Origin: an uncultured virus (IMG/VR IMGVR_UViG_3300046513_000233)
Taxonomy: Duplodnaviria > Heunggongvirae > Uroviricota > Caudoviricetes
IMG/VR virus record: IMGVR_UViG_3300046513_000233
DNA length: 64,000 bases
Direction: 5' to 3' (one strand)
Part shown: piece after piece, positions 36,576 to 46,528 of the stretch
Layout of the letters: the number at the start of each line of letters is the position of its first letter
Position numbering within the stretch: position 1 is the stretch's first letter
Program-made: the position numbers and the translations under genes
Notes under the pieces: generated by a model
Databases searched by the model: none
The model's input: only the letters and a program-made list of their open reading frames with translations
Told to the model about the DNA's origin: nothing

Positions 36576-37955
36576 TTAGCCGACCTTCAGAAGCTTGAAG
36601 GCTTCGAAGTTGATCACGTCAGCACCGACGCGCCGACGATTGTAGAACTTCACGTACGGCTTGGCAGTGAGGTTATCGCGCAAAAGCGTGATGCCCAAAC
36701 GGTCGACGATCTGGTAACCGCTCTTGAAGTCACCGAAGGCAACAGCAAGCGCGTTCGTCGCGACCACTGGCATATCTTCCTCACGGTTGATAGCGTAGGT
36801 CATCAGTGTCGACGGCTGGCCGTTCTTTACGTCGCCCATCTGCCAGAGGTAGTTCCCCTGACCGTCCTTCAGCTTCATCGTGTCGCGAACGACCGTACGA
36901 GACATCAGGAAGGAAGCGTTGCGATTGTAGAAATCCTTCAGCGAGTAAACGAGATTGTAGATACCGTCAGCGGTAAGAGCACCGGAAGCACCGGAAGCAA
37001 TCTGCTCAATCGCGCCGTTCTGAGTGACGCCCGGGGTTGTCCAGTTGGCGTAAGTCAGAATGCCACGCGGCTGATTGGTGCCAGTTCCGGTGAAGAACGA
37101 AGTCGCCTCGATACGGCCAAACTTCTGGCCGACCTTGTTTGCAACCCAACTCTCAACGTCAAGGCCGGAATCTTCCAGCATCTGCTGCGTAACGCGAGGC
37201 TCCGAGAACATCTCATGCACCGCAATCTTGGACTCACCAAGCTGTGCAGTCGAAGTCTCGCTAGGCGCCGTGGTCTCACCGACCCAGCCGCCGAAACCGA
37301 ACTCGCCTTCATCGCGAGGAACAATCAATTCCTTGCCTGCGATTGTCTGAACGTCCGCGAGGGCGCGAAGGTTCGAAGTCTCATAAACGCGGCTCACAAC
37401 CTTCGTGCTGTAAGTCGGCGTGACGGTGTAGCCGCCATCCGGATCAGAACCGGTTGTCATCGCGGCGTTGATGTCGACCGACAGACGCTCTGGACGCGAG
37501 CGCATATAGATCGGGAACGCATCGAAGTACGTCTGAATAGCTTCGCGATCGGGCTCAGAATTACCCGACGCCTTCAGCTTGCCTTCCGACACAAGACGCG
37601 CCTTGTGGAATTCAAACGCGTCCTTCGCGGCCTTGGCTTCGTCGTCGTTGGCCCAACCGCCACGCACGCCGGGGCGCTTGTTCACGGCTTCAAGAGCATC
37701 AGCACGGGTTTCGAGCGAGGCAAGAACGGCCTTGTCTTTCTCATGTGCGCCTGACAGAGTCTCAACAGACGCGGCGATGGTGTCAATCTTGTTGACGAAC
37801 ACCGGGTCAAGCTGCGCCTTCTTGGAGACGGTATCCAGTTCGCTACGAAGGGCCGCAAGATCACGCTGCGCGGCCTCGAAAAGCTTGGTGGTGTCTTCCT
37901 TGATCGCCTTCGTCTGGTTAACGATAAGGTCGATATCTTTCTGTTCAACGGGCAT
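36576..37955 (-). CDS. major capsid protein, HK97 fold
   Basis: GSDPDGGY.V, WVGET, Q.MLEDS, F..G.G..QP.G, KD..G.YLW, FGDF..GY.I.DR, RVG. Confidence 0.95.
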   Translation of the reverse strand: MPVEQKDIDLIVNQTKAIKEDTTKLFEAAQRDLAALRSELDTVSKKAQLDPVFVNKIDTIAASVETLSGAHEKDKAVLASLETRADALEAVNKRPGVRGGWANDDEAKAAKDAFEFHKARLVSEGKLKASGNSEPDREAIQTYFDAFPIYMRSRPERLSVDINAAMTTGSDPDGGYTVTPTYSTKVVSRVYETSNLRALADVQTIAGKELIVPRDEGEFGFGGWVGETTAPSETSTAQLGESKIAVHEMFSEPRVTQQMLEDSGLDVESWVANKVGQKFGRIEATSFFTGTGTNQPRGILTYANWTTPGVTQNGAIEQIASGASGALTADGIYNLVYSLKDFYNRNASFLMSRTVVRDTMKLKDGQGNYLWQMGDVKNGQPSTLMTYAINREEDMPVVATNALAVAFGDFKSGYQIVDRLGITLLRDNLTAKPYVKFYNRRRVGADVINFEAFKLLKVG

Positions 37956-37961
37956 TAAAAC

Positions 37962-38822
37962 TCAATTCCTTTTGGAAATATTCCAGTCGCCGAATTCGGC
38001 AACGAGTTGGCTCAAATCAATTGTTGGTTCTGTTTCAGCGTCCCGCTGAATTTCATCACGCTCGCTATCGCGATGGCTAAGCGCCTTGCGTGCTTCGGTT
38101 CGTGACCACCCTGCATCCCGCAGGGCGCGTTCCGCGTCTCTCACCGTCTTCGGCTCGTCTTCGTCGCTGTACTTCAGCGACTCCGGAGCGTTATCGAATA
38201 CGGTTAAATCAAATTTCGCCTGTGACTTCTTGTCGACAGGCTGTAGAATTTCGGTAGCAAAGCCGTTGTCTTTGGCTTCCTTGCCGCTCATCCAAGTTTC
38301 GTCGGCCATCATTTGCTTAATGGCTCGAATACCCGGGGTACCTTTTTGCGAAGCGTATGTGAGCGCTAGAGCACCATCGATCTTCGAAAGAACTGCGGCC
38401 TGCGCCGTCATCTCCTCCGCATTGCCAACGGCGACGGTCCACGCGTTGTGAATCATCATCATTCCGTTTTCGGCAATGGCGATTTCGTCACCGGCCATCG
38501 CAATGATTGAAGCGATGCTTGCCGCAATGCCTGTAATCTCTACGCGGACATTGCCTTTGTGCGCCTTCAGATCGTTGTAGATGGCAACGCCATCAAAAAC
38601 GCTTCCGCCCGGCGAGTTGATCTTTAGAACAACGTCGCCAGCACCCTTAAGCTTCGATCGAAAGTCCTTGGCGTTTACACCCCAAAAACCGATTTCGTCG
38701 TACAACTCAATTTCAGTCACCGCGTCTGTCGTCGACTGAGCGGCAAACTTCGTCCCGACAGAGCGCGCAAAGAAGCGTTCGCGCCGGCTATCTGCCGGCA
38801 CGTTGATATCAATAAAGTCCAT
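37962..38822 (-). CDS. ClpP-type prohead protease
   Basis: INSPGG.VFDG.AIYN, G.AASIAS.I.MAG, MMIHN, ETW....EA...GF. Confidence 0.95.
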   Translation of the reverse strand: MDFIDINVPADSRRERFFARSVGTKFAAQSTTDAVTEIELYDEIGFWGVNAKDFRSKLKGAGDVVLKINSPGGSVFDGVAIYNDLKAHKGNVRVEITGIAASIASIIAMAGDEIAIAENGMMMIHNAWTVAVGNAEEMTAQAAVLSKIDGALALTYASQKGTPGIRAIKQMMADETWMSGKEAKDNGFATEILQPVDKKSQAKFDLTVFDNAPESLKYSDEDEPKTVRDAERALRDAGWSRTEARKALSHRDSERDEIQRDAETEPTIDLSQLVAEFGDWNISKRN

Positions 38823-38826
38823 CTCT

Positions 38827-40056
38827 CTATGCGGCTTTCTTGTCCGGTGCTGCCGGCGCCTGAATGTTGTTCGTCTCTACGAGCTTATCGCCGCCCTCAA
38901 TTGGGTTTTGATTTTCCTTGGCCCGCAATTCATTTGGCGTTGCAAGTCTGTTCTGAATCTGCAGCGCGTAACCCTGCATGCGTGTGAAGAAGTCACCGCG
39001 AAGCATCCCGTCAATCAGGAATTCAACGAAGTATTCTTGCTGCTCTGCAGGCATGAGAAGGTCACGATTGATGGCCTGCTCAATGCGGACTAGCCACGCT
39101 CTCAACGACTGTTGGATAAAATCCAACGTCTGATGTTCAATGTTGGAGAATGTCGCATGCTCCATATCATTGACGAAATGAGCAGGAACCCTGAAGATGC
39201 CGGCGATCTCCGAACGCTGAAACTTTCGCGTCTCAAGAAATTGAGCGTCGTCAGGATTGATCGATAGCGGCACCCAATCCATTCCTTCTTCAAGAATGAG
39301 TGGCTTGTGTGCGTTGTCCAATCCGGAATGGCGATCGGCAAATTGCGTCTTCAATCTGTCTTGAGCGGGAGTAAGAAGAACCTTTGGATGCTTCAACACT
39401 CCGGACGGCTTCGCTCCATTCTCAAAAAGAGAAGAGCCGAATTTTTCGGTAGCAAGACCGAGTCCGATGGCTTCACGCGCAAGCGTGATGATAGATCGCC
39501 CCTTGTAACCTCGCGGTAGAGGCCCGCGAATGTGATGCATCTCTAACTTCGAGAGCTTGGACTTCGTGTTGTCCGGCATCACCGCTTCGTATGTCGGTGT
39601 CCAATCGGACGCCTGTTTAATCTCTACACCATCCGGGTTCAGCGGAATCAATCCGACTGTCTGCCCCCTGTTGTTTCTCTCTACGAACGAATACCCGTTA
39701 CCGCGCGATGCCAAATTGTGCATCGTTCCTTCAAAGTATTCGAACGATGTATTCCAGCCGTTCGACTTGTCGTGAAGCACCTTGTAAAGAGGATGGTCCG
39801 TAGCGCGATCTTTGCCGCCGTCTTTACGGCGCTTGTAAAGAATGCATGGCAAGCTTGCGACACTCTCCGCAAGAACTCGCTGGCAAATCAATACTGTGGT
39901 ATGGCGCAGTGCTGACTCTGGCGAAACGTTCACGCCAGATGTTGTTCGCAATCCCTGCGCTTCAGCAATGAGCCTCGCCCACTGCTCCATAGGAATCGAT
40001 TCTGTAATATCGGCCTTCGGATTGAAGACGTTCGCGATACGTTGAAGAACGCCCAT
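38827..40056 (-). CDS. HK97-family portal protein
   Basis: LAESVASLP, GNGY, F.NGA.PSG, ILEEG, AQFLE.RKF...EIA..FRVP, TFSNIE. Confidence 0.95.
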   Translation of the reverse strand: MGVLQRIANVFNPKADITESIPMEQWARLIAEAQGLRTTSGVNVSPESALRHTTVLICQRVLAESVASLPCILYKRRKDGGKDRATDHPLYKVLHDKSNGWNTSFEYFEGTMHNLASRGNGYSFVERNNRGQTVGLIPLNPDGVEIKQASDWTPTYEAVMPDNTKSKLSKLEMHHIRGPLPRGYKGRSIITLAREAIGLGLATEKFGSSLFENGAKPSGVLKHPKVLLTPAQDRLKTQFADRHSGLDNAHKPLILEEGMDWVPLSINPDDAQFLETRKFQRSEIAGIFRVPAHFVNDMEHATFSNIEHQTLDFIQQSLRAWLVRIEQAINRDLLMPAEQQEYFVEFLIDGMLRGDFFTRMQGYALQIQNRLATPNELRAKENQNPIEGGDKLVETNNIQAPAAPDKKAA

Positions 40057-40099
40057 TTAAATTGTCACCATCGAATAGACGTTCTTGAAAATGGAAATG

Positions 40100-40130
40100 A
40101 AAAAAGCGACGGCTAACCCCGTCGCTTTTT
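40100..40130. terminator. rho-independent terminator
   Basis: AAAAAGCGACGG/CCGTCGCTTTTT. Confidence 0.75.
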
Positions 40131-40160
40131 GGGTGCAAATAGGGGTTGCGTTGGATCGGT

Positions 40161-40179
40161 TGTTGCTATATTAGATACA
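40161..40179. promoter_or_regulatory. type-2 operator box
   Basis: TGTTGC-tatatta-GATACA upstream of an antisense ORF. Confidence 0.55.
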
Positions 40180-40202
40180 TCCCAGCCCCTGAGGAATCTA
40201 GC

Positions 40203-40403
40203 ATGACAGACCAAGATAAAAGCGATGAGGTGAAGTGGTTTGACTCTGAGGGACGAGAAACTACCTTCGTGAAAGGACGCTATTTCAGCTATGTGCAGGA
40301 TAATCCACTGTATGTGGAAGTTGGCGCACCCAGACTCGATTTCTTGCATCAAGAGGATGGGTCCACCATCGTTATTGAAACTAGGCCGACGAAAGCGGAT
40401 TAG
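40203..40403 (+). CDS. hypothetical protein (moron-like, antisense to head operon)
   Basis: GAGG RBS; own promoter/operator region. Confidence 0.55.
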   Translation: MTDQDKSDEVKWFDSEGRETTFVKGRYFSYVQDNPLYVEVGAPRLDFLHQEDGSTIVIETRPTKAD

Positions 40404-42451
40404 ATCGCACCAAGACCGCTAAGCAATTCATGGCAGATATCCGAGAACAGCAATTCTTTACCGGTTGGCGACGCGCCCCAGCCCGCCATAGCGATCCTTC
40501 GTGCAGAGAAGTTCGTCGCATCCGCACCACAAATCCATGCCTCTTGCGACGCGATCGCAGTGGAGGTGACCGATCTATCGGAGCCCAATTGAGCACCATC
40601 TTTGAATAGTCTAGAAGCGGCGCTGCTAGTGCGCTGTGCCATGAATAGGCCGATCGAACTTGCGCTCGCAGGGTTAGTGCCGCCTCCGCCATCGTTGACG
40701 CTCCACGACGCAAACCCACCCGATAACGGGTTGATGAACGAGCGCGGAGCGGTGACGCTACCAATGTCTGCGGCACCGGCCGCATCGACGTTCGAAAGAG
40801 AATATTCAAACATCGCGTAGTTGTTCAGCGTGCCCTGAACGCCATTTACACTTGGCGTGAACTGGGTGCGGCAGCGCGAATTGGTGCCGTTGCCGGCCCA
40901 GCCTCGATAAGCAAGGAAGTTCGGCGAGTTGACGGGAATTAGCGTAAAAGCGGCCGGTGCCATTACGTTGAGCGATCCAGCCTGACTATCTGCTAACGCC
41001 GTTAGATAAAGCACGTCCCAAATTGAAAACAGCCCGTTGTTCTTTAGTGCACTGATCCAGTTATCAACCAAGAACTTGTCACGGTCAGTCTGCGGGCCGG
41101 TCATAGCTGCGAACATCGCGGCGGCTTCAGTATTAGAAATGCTGTAAGCCGGCTTGACGTAGTTCTTCTTTGCGGCGTAGCGCATTGTCGTCGCGTAGGT
41201 CTGATATGTCGTATATGACCCATAGAGGAAGAACACCACGGCATCGTCACCATGACCAACCGCACTGAACGGCCGGAAGTGGTGATACGTCTGGTCAGTC
41301 GAGATATCGCGTGTCTTTGTAGCTATGTTGGTTGTCTCGTTAAACGACCATTCCGAGATAGTATATTTTGCCGTCGAAGACGCCACCAGACACATATAGA
41401 TCGTGTCCGTCGTGTTGCCGTCGAAGCAGAGACCACCGGCATAGTGGTTTTCGTTGGCATAGAGCGAGATTTGCCCCGTCGCCAGTCGCGTCTTTAACCA
41501 CGCTGAGCCAGTCCAACGGGCGTGCCAATATTCAACATCGGTAAAAGCGATATTACGCGCGCCAGTACTGGACGGAAACTTCGCATACAGAACACGCGGC
41601 TTCCCATCCGCTCCTAGCTTGATATTCCAATTCCAGCAACGCCCACCTGTCGTATCATCCACCAGTGTACATGACACAGAGGGGTCTAGCGGAAGCGCGT
41701 CGAGAATTTCTGTATCGTCAGACTTAAAGTATCGTTCAACACCAGCGATCACCTTCATGTAACAATGGTAGAGAGAAGTCGCGATTTCGTTAGGATGACC
41801 ATTGGTCAGAAAGAAATCGATACGGTCCACTCCGTTGTCAACTATGTGAACGTATGGCCGCTGCAATGTCACTTGGAAGATAGACGAAAATGTCCACGTC
41901 GCAGTACCGGCCTCAACAGACGCCGCCGACGCCTTCATCATCTTCTGCGGCATCGTGTTGGGGGATGAGTTAGACCGATAGAAGTTACGAAGAAAACCGT
42001 CCGCGGAAAGCAACGTTGGCTTGGCGTATGAAGTCACGACCCCGCTATCAGATACCGTTACTTCCGTATTGAAAGATTGGGTGTCAGGCAGAGGATTAGT
42101 CGAGACGCGGTAATGAAACCCCTCAGTACCAGCCGCATGCTTTGAATAGAATGGCGCTATTCTGCCTCCGGGCAGCACGATAGGGGCCGCGTCGTCGTGG
42201 TCGTCTGTTTCCAGCCCTGACTTTAATCGGGTGTTCCAAACAACATCGTTCTGCATCTTGTGCAGGTTGGAGTTACCCGCCGATGAGATAGACCCGACAT
42301 AGTATGCGCCGCTAGAATAGATGGCGGTCGGCATGTTGAACCATGTTTTGGCTGCATCAGCATTCAGTTGCAGACCGCCAAGGAATGGCGCAATAACTCC
42401 TCCAATAGAACAAAGCGATGACGACCAAAGCCCTACTTGCGCGCCGATCAC
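40400..42451 (-). CDS. BNR-4/beta-propeller-like head fibre or spike protein
   Basis: DDH..A......GRI..FY..H, RPY, YAGG..FD; beta-rich C-terminal domain. Confidence 0.6.
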   Translation of the reverse strand: MIGAQVGLWSSSLCSIGGVIAPFLGGLQLNADAAKTWFNMPTAIYSSGAYYVGSISSAGNSNLHKMQNDVVWNTRLKSGLETDDHDDAAPIVLPGGRIAPFYSKHAAGTEGFHYRVSTNPLPDTQSFNTEVTVSDSGVVTSYAKPTLLSADGFLRNFYRSNSSPNTMPQKMMKASAASVEAGTATWTFSSIFQVTLQRPYVHIVDNGVDRIDFFLTNGHPNEIATSLYHCYMKVIAGVERYFKSDDTEILDALPLDPSVSCTLVDDTTGGRCWNWNIKLGADGKPRVLYAKFPSSTGARNIAFTDVEYWHARWTGSAWLKTRLATGQISLYANENHYAGGLCFDGNTTDTIYMCLVASSTAKYTISEWSFNETTNIATKTRDISTDQTYHHFRPFSAVGHGDDAVVFFLYGSYTTYQTYATTMRYAAKKNYVKPAYSISNTEAAAMFAAMTGPQTDRDKFLVDNWISALKNNGLFSIWDVLYLTALADSQAGSLNVMAPAAFTLIPVNSPNFLAYRGWAGNGTNSRCRTQFTPSVNGVQGTLNNYAMFEYSLSNVDAAGAADIGSVTAPRSFINPLSGGFASWSVNDGGGGTNPASASSIGLFMAQRTSSAASRLFKDGAQLGSDRSVTSTAIASQEAWICGADATNFSARRIAMAGWGASPTGKELLFSDICHELLSGLGAI

Positions 42452-42726
42452 TACCAGCCAACCACAATGTTGGTTGCCGTGGTGCCCGTCGCGAAAATAC
42501 GCGTAGCGCGAATTGGATGCGGCACGCCAACAGCAAGAACGCCAGACAGAATCGTAACCGTCTCACCGCCTGCAGTTATGATTTTCAAGTCACCCGCAAC
42601 GCCGATATAGATTGCGCGGGACTCATGCGCCAAATCTGTTGCGTCGTTTGTAGTGACGACAGCTATGTGATTCAGCGGGCCGTCGAGTCCAGTAGAGAGC
42701 CCCGCGAAGTCGTCAGTAGAAGCCAT
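42451..42726 (-). CDS. GTA head-spike base-like protein (Rcc01079-like)
   Basis: D..DL....RAIYIG..GDL.....GG.TV......G..HPIR.TRI.ATGTTA..IV. Confidence 0.75.
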   Translation of the reverse strand: MASTDDFAGLSTGLDGPLNHIAVVTTNDATDLAHESRAIYIGVAGDLKIITAGGETVTILSGVLAVGVPHPIRATRIFATGTTATNIVVGW

Positions 42727-42728
42727 AG

Positions 42729-44618
42729 TTAAATCTCCGCGAAGCCGCGTGTCTCGTAAATGGAAGGCCCTACGGCCGGTGTAATGTTTGAAGTGGCTGC
42801 ACCGATCGCCATGGCTAACGCCACGACAGGGTCAATTCGGTTCGTTGCCTTGCGCTTTGAAAACCAATAGTTGTCAAAGAGCGGGTCTCGCTCCAACGCC
42901 GCGGACATGATTGCTGAAATTATTACAGGGCTGCGCTGGATTCGAATTCGCTTTTCAAAGATTAGCGACTCGAATTCCTTGATAGAACCCGGCATCCACA
43001 AACCAAGCGGAGGTTCGGTGCCATTGTCTTTCGCTTCCTGTAACTGCGCATCAGTTGGCTTCGCACGCTTGCGGCCACCTTGCGGGTGCTCTACTTCGTT
43101 GAGCTTCAGCCCGATCGCGTCTAGCTCTTCGGTAAGTTTCCGGTAGCCGTATCGATCATAAGCGAGTACCTTAAGAGCATACTCATTATTGAGTGTCGCA
43201 AGAGCGGCAGCGATAAAATCCAGACGAATAGCTTTGCCCGGAATGGCATGCAGCCATTCTTGCGTAACCCATACGTCATACGGCGCCTTGTCTCTTAGTG
43301 AGCGCTCTTCAAGAGTGTCCTTTGGTGTCCACGCATCAACCCACGCGTCGTACATCATCTTGCCGAAGCCGGGGTGCCCTTCTTCTTGGCAAATGCCGGT
43401 TTCGACAATGCACCCGCGGGCCGTCAAATCCTGTGCCGCGGACAAGTCGAGTCCTGCGTACAGGTCTTTGCCTTCGTGAATACTTGGGTCGAAGTCGGCC
43501 AACACTTCTTCAAGAGCGGCACGAGACATCCAAGACTCGTCGGCGTCCGTCCACATGCAGAAGTGCAAACGAAGAATGCCGTTGAGGCTGCCCGGGATGG
43601 CCTTCGCCTGTCGCACAACGCCCGCGAGATAGCCCCGCGTAATCGTCACATCCAACAGCGGGTTAGCCTTAGCCCAACACAGAGGGTCTTTAAGAGGGTC
43701 GTCGTTGCTGTCGAGTGAACAAACAAACGAAAACATGTCGTCGAATGTAACAACGTCGTCTAGATCGTAGACGAACGTTCCTTCTTGATCTGGCGTGCGA
43801 GTGCCCGCGGCAGCCTTGATGGCTGTCACGTGCTCTTCATAGCAAACCGTATTCCGATCGGAGCCGGAATTTGTAATCATGATCAAGAGCGGCTGTCGAC
43901 GAAACTTGAAACCGCGTTCAAGCATTTCGATAACGGCACGACTCGGGTGCTCGTGGATTTCGTCGCACAGCGCCACGTAAGGACGCGGGCCGCTCTTAAC
44001 CTCGCCAGTGATCGGGCGGAAGAACGAAGCCGTCTTTAGGTCCGCGAGATTCCATTCTTTGCCGGCTCCGCCTGAAGGCGTAAGCCGGGCATTGAGGGCG
44101 GGGGATTGAGTGCACATGGCAACGGCATCGCGGAACAGGACCATGGCTTGGTCCTTGTCCTTACCGGCTGCATAGATTTCGGCGCGTGGCTCCCCGTCAG
44201 CCAATAGGCAATACATGCCTGTGCCGGCCGCCCACGGAGACTTGCCATTACCCTTGCCTTCCTCGATATAGGCGCGACGAAAGCGCCGCGTGCCGTCTGC
44301 CCGCTTCCATCCGAATAGCGAACCGGTCTTGAAAGCCTGCGACGCGTGAAGATGAAACGGATTGCCTTCGAACTGGCCGCCATTTAAGCGCAGCACGTCC
44401 GGAAAGAAGTTGATTGCCTTCAGGGCCGCATCTAAGTCCCAAGTGAGTCCGCGCTCGTGGCCGTGCTCTAGGTCTTTGAGATGCCTTCTACACGCGTTGC
44501 GGATATGCGGGCCGGCAATGACCTTGCCGTCAACAACCGCGTGCGCCCATTCGGTAACGGGGTCACGCAGTGCCTTAGAAATACTTTTTGCTGGGGTCTT
44601 CGTCGCTCTTTTTGCCAT
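42729..44618 (-). CDS. terL: terminase large subunit
   Basis: RRFR.AYI..GKGNGKS (Walker A), DEIH (Walker B), WAKANP, GLDLS...DLTA, RIDP.VAL.MA. Confidence 0.95.
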   Translation of the reverse strand: MAKRATKTPAKSISKALRDPVTEWAHAVVDGKVIAGPHIRNACRRHLKDLEHGHERGLTWDLDAALKAINFFPDVLRLNGGQFEGNPFHLHASQAFKTGSLFGWKRADGTRRFRRAYIEEGKGNGKSPWAAGTGMYCLLADGEPRAEIYAAGKDKDQAMVLFRDAVAMCTQSPALNARLTPSGGAGKEWNLADLKTASFFRPITGEVKSGPRPYVALCDEIHEHPSRAVIEMLERGFKFRRQPLLIMITNSGSDRNTVCYEEHVTAIKAAAGTRTPDQEGTFVYDLDDVVTFDDMFSFVCSLDSNDDPLKDPLCWAKANPLLDVTITRGYLAGVVRQAKAIPGSLNGILRLHFCMWTDADESWMSRAALEEVLADFDPSIHEGKDLYAGLDLSAAQDLTARGCIVETGICQEEGHPGFGKMMYDAWVDAWTPKDTLEERSLRDKAPYDVWVTQEWLHAIPGKAIRLDFIAAALATLNNEYALKVLAYDRYGYRKLTEELDAIGLKLNEVEHPQGGRKRAKPTDAQLQEAKDNGTEPPLGLWMPGSIKEFESLIFEKRIRIQRSPVIISAIMSAALERDPLFDNYWFSKRKATNRIDPVVALAMAIGAATSNITPAVGPSIYETRGFAEI

Positions 44619-44964
44619 CCGGCATCGTCACCTTTGATGCGTCGGAAGGCGTCGCGCCAAGCTGGCCGAGACACTGCCGCAATAGGTTCAATGCCTGAAC
44701 GCCAACTTCCTCGCCCGCGATCAAGCGGCCAAGGATTTCAGCGGCAATGCCGACGATTGAACGGTGTGATTTGTTGAGCCATGGAAGGTCATCAGAGAGC
44801 GTTCGCCACGCTTCAATCTGACTCGCCTTCTTCATCCACTTCGGCGGCTCGCCAAGCGGGCTACTGACTTGCGGCTCTTCGCGCTCTTCAAAGCGCTTCT
44901 TGTTAGTGCCGATGTCTTGACCGGTAGCTTTCGCCTTGGCCTTCGGCGTACGAGGCCGGGGCAT
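44575..44964 (-). CDS. terS: terminase small subunit
   Basis: MPRPRTP; LG.PP.W; LGATP...SKV; directly upstream of terL. Confidence 0.75.
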   Translation of the reverse strand: MPRPRTPKAKAKATGQDIGTNKKRFEEREEPQVSSPLGEPPKWMKKASQIEAWRTLSDDLPWLNKSHRSIVGIAAEILGRLIAGEEVGVQALNLLRQCLGQLGATPSDASKVTMPDGKKSDEDPSKKYF

Positions 44965-44975
44965 TGCATTACTTT

Positions 44976-45539
44976 CTATGCGGCTAGGCTTGCGCCCTTC
45001 GCCCAATTATCTACACACCATAATGGCTGTAGATTTGACAATGCCCACGCTTCTTTAAACTGCGGGCAGTCTGGTGTTGAATAATTGAATGAGCACAGCG
45101 GACGCTTGTGGTCTATGTGCCACCCGTGGAATCCATAATTGTCCCACGTCATGCCCGGTTCAAATTGTTTTTCAATTGATGCCGAGAATTCTTCGAATGT
45201 AAATCCCAATAGATCGAACTTACTACGGCCATTACGAGACCCTTTGGCAAGCTTGCGAGAGAGGCCAGCGCCAATAGCGTTGTCTAGTTTGCCTCGTATC
45301 GTCGCATTGTTATCGTTCGCAGCCTTGCGGAGTTGTTCGGCATTGGCTGCATAGTAGCTGCGCCCATATGCTCTGGCCGAGTCGATGTCGGCTACCCGCC
45401 TGTCATGCCGATCCTTACCACAGCACTCTTTGCATACGGATCGTCTGCCGTACTTGCCTGTTGAGTGAGTATAGAAGCACTCCAAATCTTTTTCTTGAAG
45501 GCAAGTAGTGCAGATTCTATGCAATTTTACCCCCAACAT
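44976..45539 (-). CDS. HNH homing-type endonuclease
   Basis: CxxC...CKEC; QF..GMTWDNYG...WHIDH..P; NLQPLW..DN..K. Confidence 0.85.
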   Translation of the reverse strand: MLGVKLHRICTTCLQEKDLECFYTHSTGKYGRRSVCKECCGKDRHDRRVADIDSARAYGRSYYAANAEQLRKAANDNNATIRGKLDNAIGAGLSRKLAKGSRNGRSKFDLLGFTFEEFSASIEKQFEPGMTWDNYGFHGWHIDHKRPLCSFNYSTPDCPQFKEAWALSNLQPLWCVDNWAKGASLAA

Positions 45540-45687
45540 TTGAATTGAGAATTTGCGAATCAAGGCCCATGTCGGTGCTAGCTCCCATGAAGCTGCAGAC
45601 TCTTGACCCCCCCCTATACTGTTCGTTAAAACAGAAGGGATAGCAACAGCATCAACACAACATGCGCAACGATCACAACAACCGTAA

Positions 45688-45987
45688 TCACTGCATCGCG
45701 CTCGTTTGTGTTGGCCAGCCATCCGCATCACAACCAATCACCTTGAACACACCATTACTCTTGCGTGTGCCATCAGGCTTTTCCTTTACTTGATTGTCAT
45801 GCAGTCTACATAGGTGACGTGCATTGCTCTCGTGATCACGTCCACCCATGGCACGTGATACGATGTGGTCTACTACCTTGCCCGGTGATGTGCACCCCTT
45901 AACCTCGCACACACCACCCGACCTATGCTTTACATCTGCACACACAGCACGCCATACAGATGTGTGGTAGAATGGATCATTAGGCAC
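45688..45987 (-). CDS. packaging-associated HNH endonuclease
   Basis: FY....WR; CE..GC....VVDHI.....GG......N...LC..H; GCDADGWP. Confidence 0.85.
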   Translation of the reverse strand: MPNDPFYHTSVWRAVCADVKHRSGGVCEVKGCTSPGKVVDHIVSRAMGGRDHESNARHLCRLHDNQVKEKPDGTRKSNGVFKVIGCDADGWPTQTSAMQ

Positions 45988-46528
45988 GGTACATCTTCTG
46001 TAGTGCGCTTACCAAGAGACACAAGACAACGTACGCACAGACAAGAACAAACGGTGCAGCCAACACTAATGCTACGATGCTCATTTGATGTACGTAACAA
46101 CGTAGATGATTGCTGCAATAAGCAAGACAACTAACCAGAATGACATTTCGCATTCTCCTCACGCAACTTAGCTAGCTCTTGCAAAGCCAACTGACACACG
46201 TTGATTACTTCGGCGTAGCGTGTCCGCCTGCCCTTAGCTGCAGCGACAGTCGCATGCAGCATGTGGTCAACTAGGGGTGTGTCCATCTAAAGCACACCGA
46301 CAGTTTCGAACGAACCGTCTCCTTCGTCCTCAAGGAATTCGTTGACTTCTTCCACCGTCATAGGTCGAACGTTTTCTAACGGTGCACCAACAAGTGACTT
46401 GGTGAGAACGTCGCCAAGAATTTCTAGATTCAGCGAAGATAGATCGCTGACAGTAAATGACCCTTTGACGACGCAATCGCATTCGTCGCTAGTGTTCATC
46501 GACTGCAGTGTCACCCTATACAATTGTG

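Noticed and set aside
45540..45690. Exact cos site
   Set aside because: The position between the packaging HNH and terS and a G-run are suggestive, but the cohesive-end sequence cannot be determined from the sequence alone.
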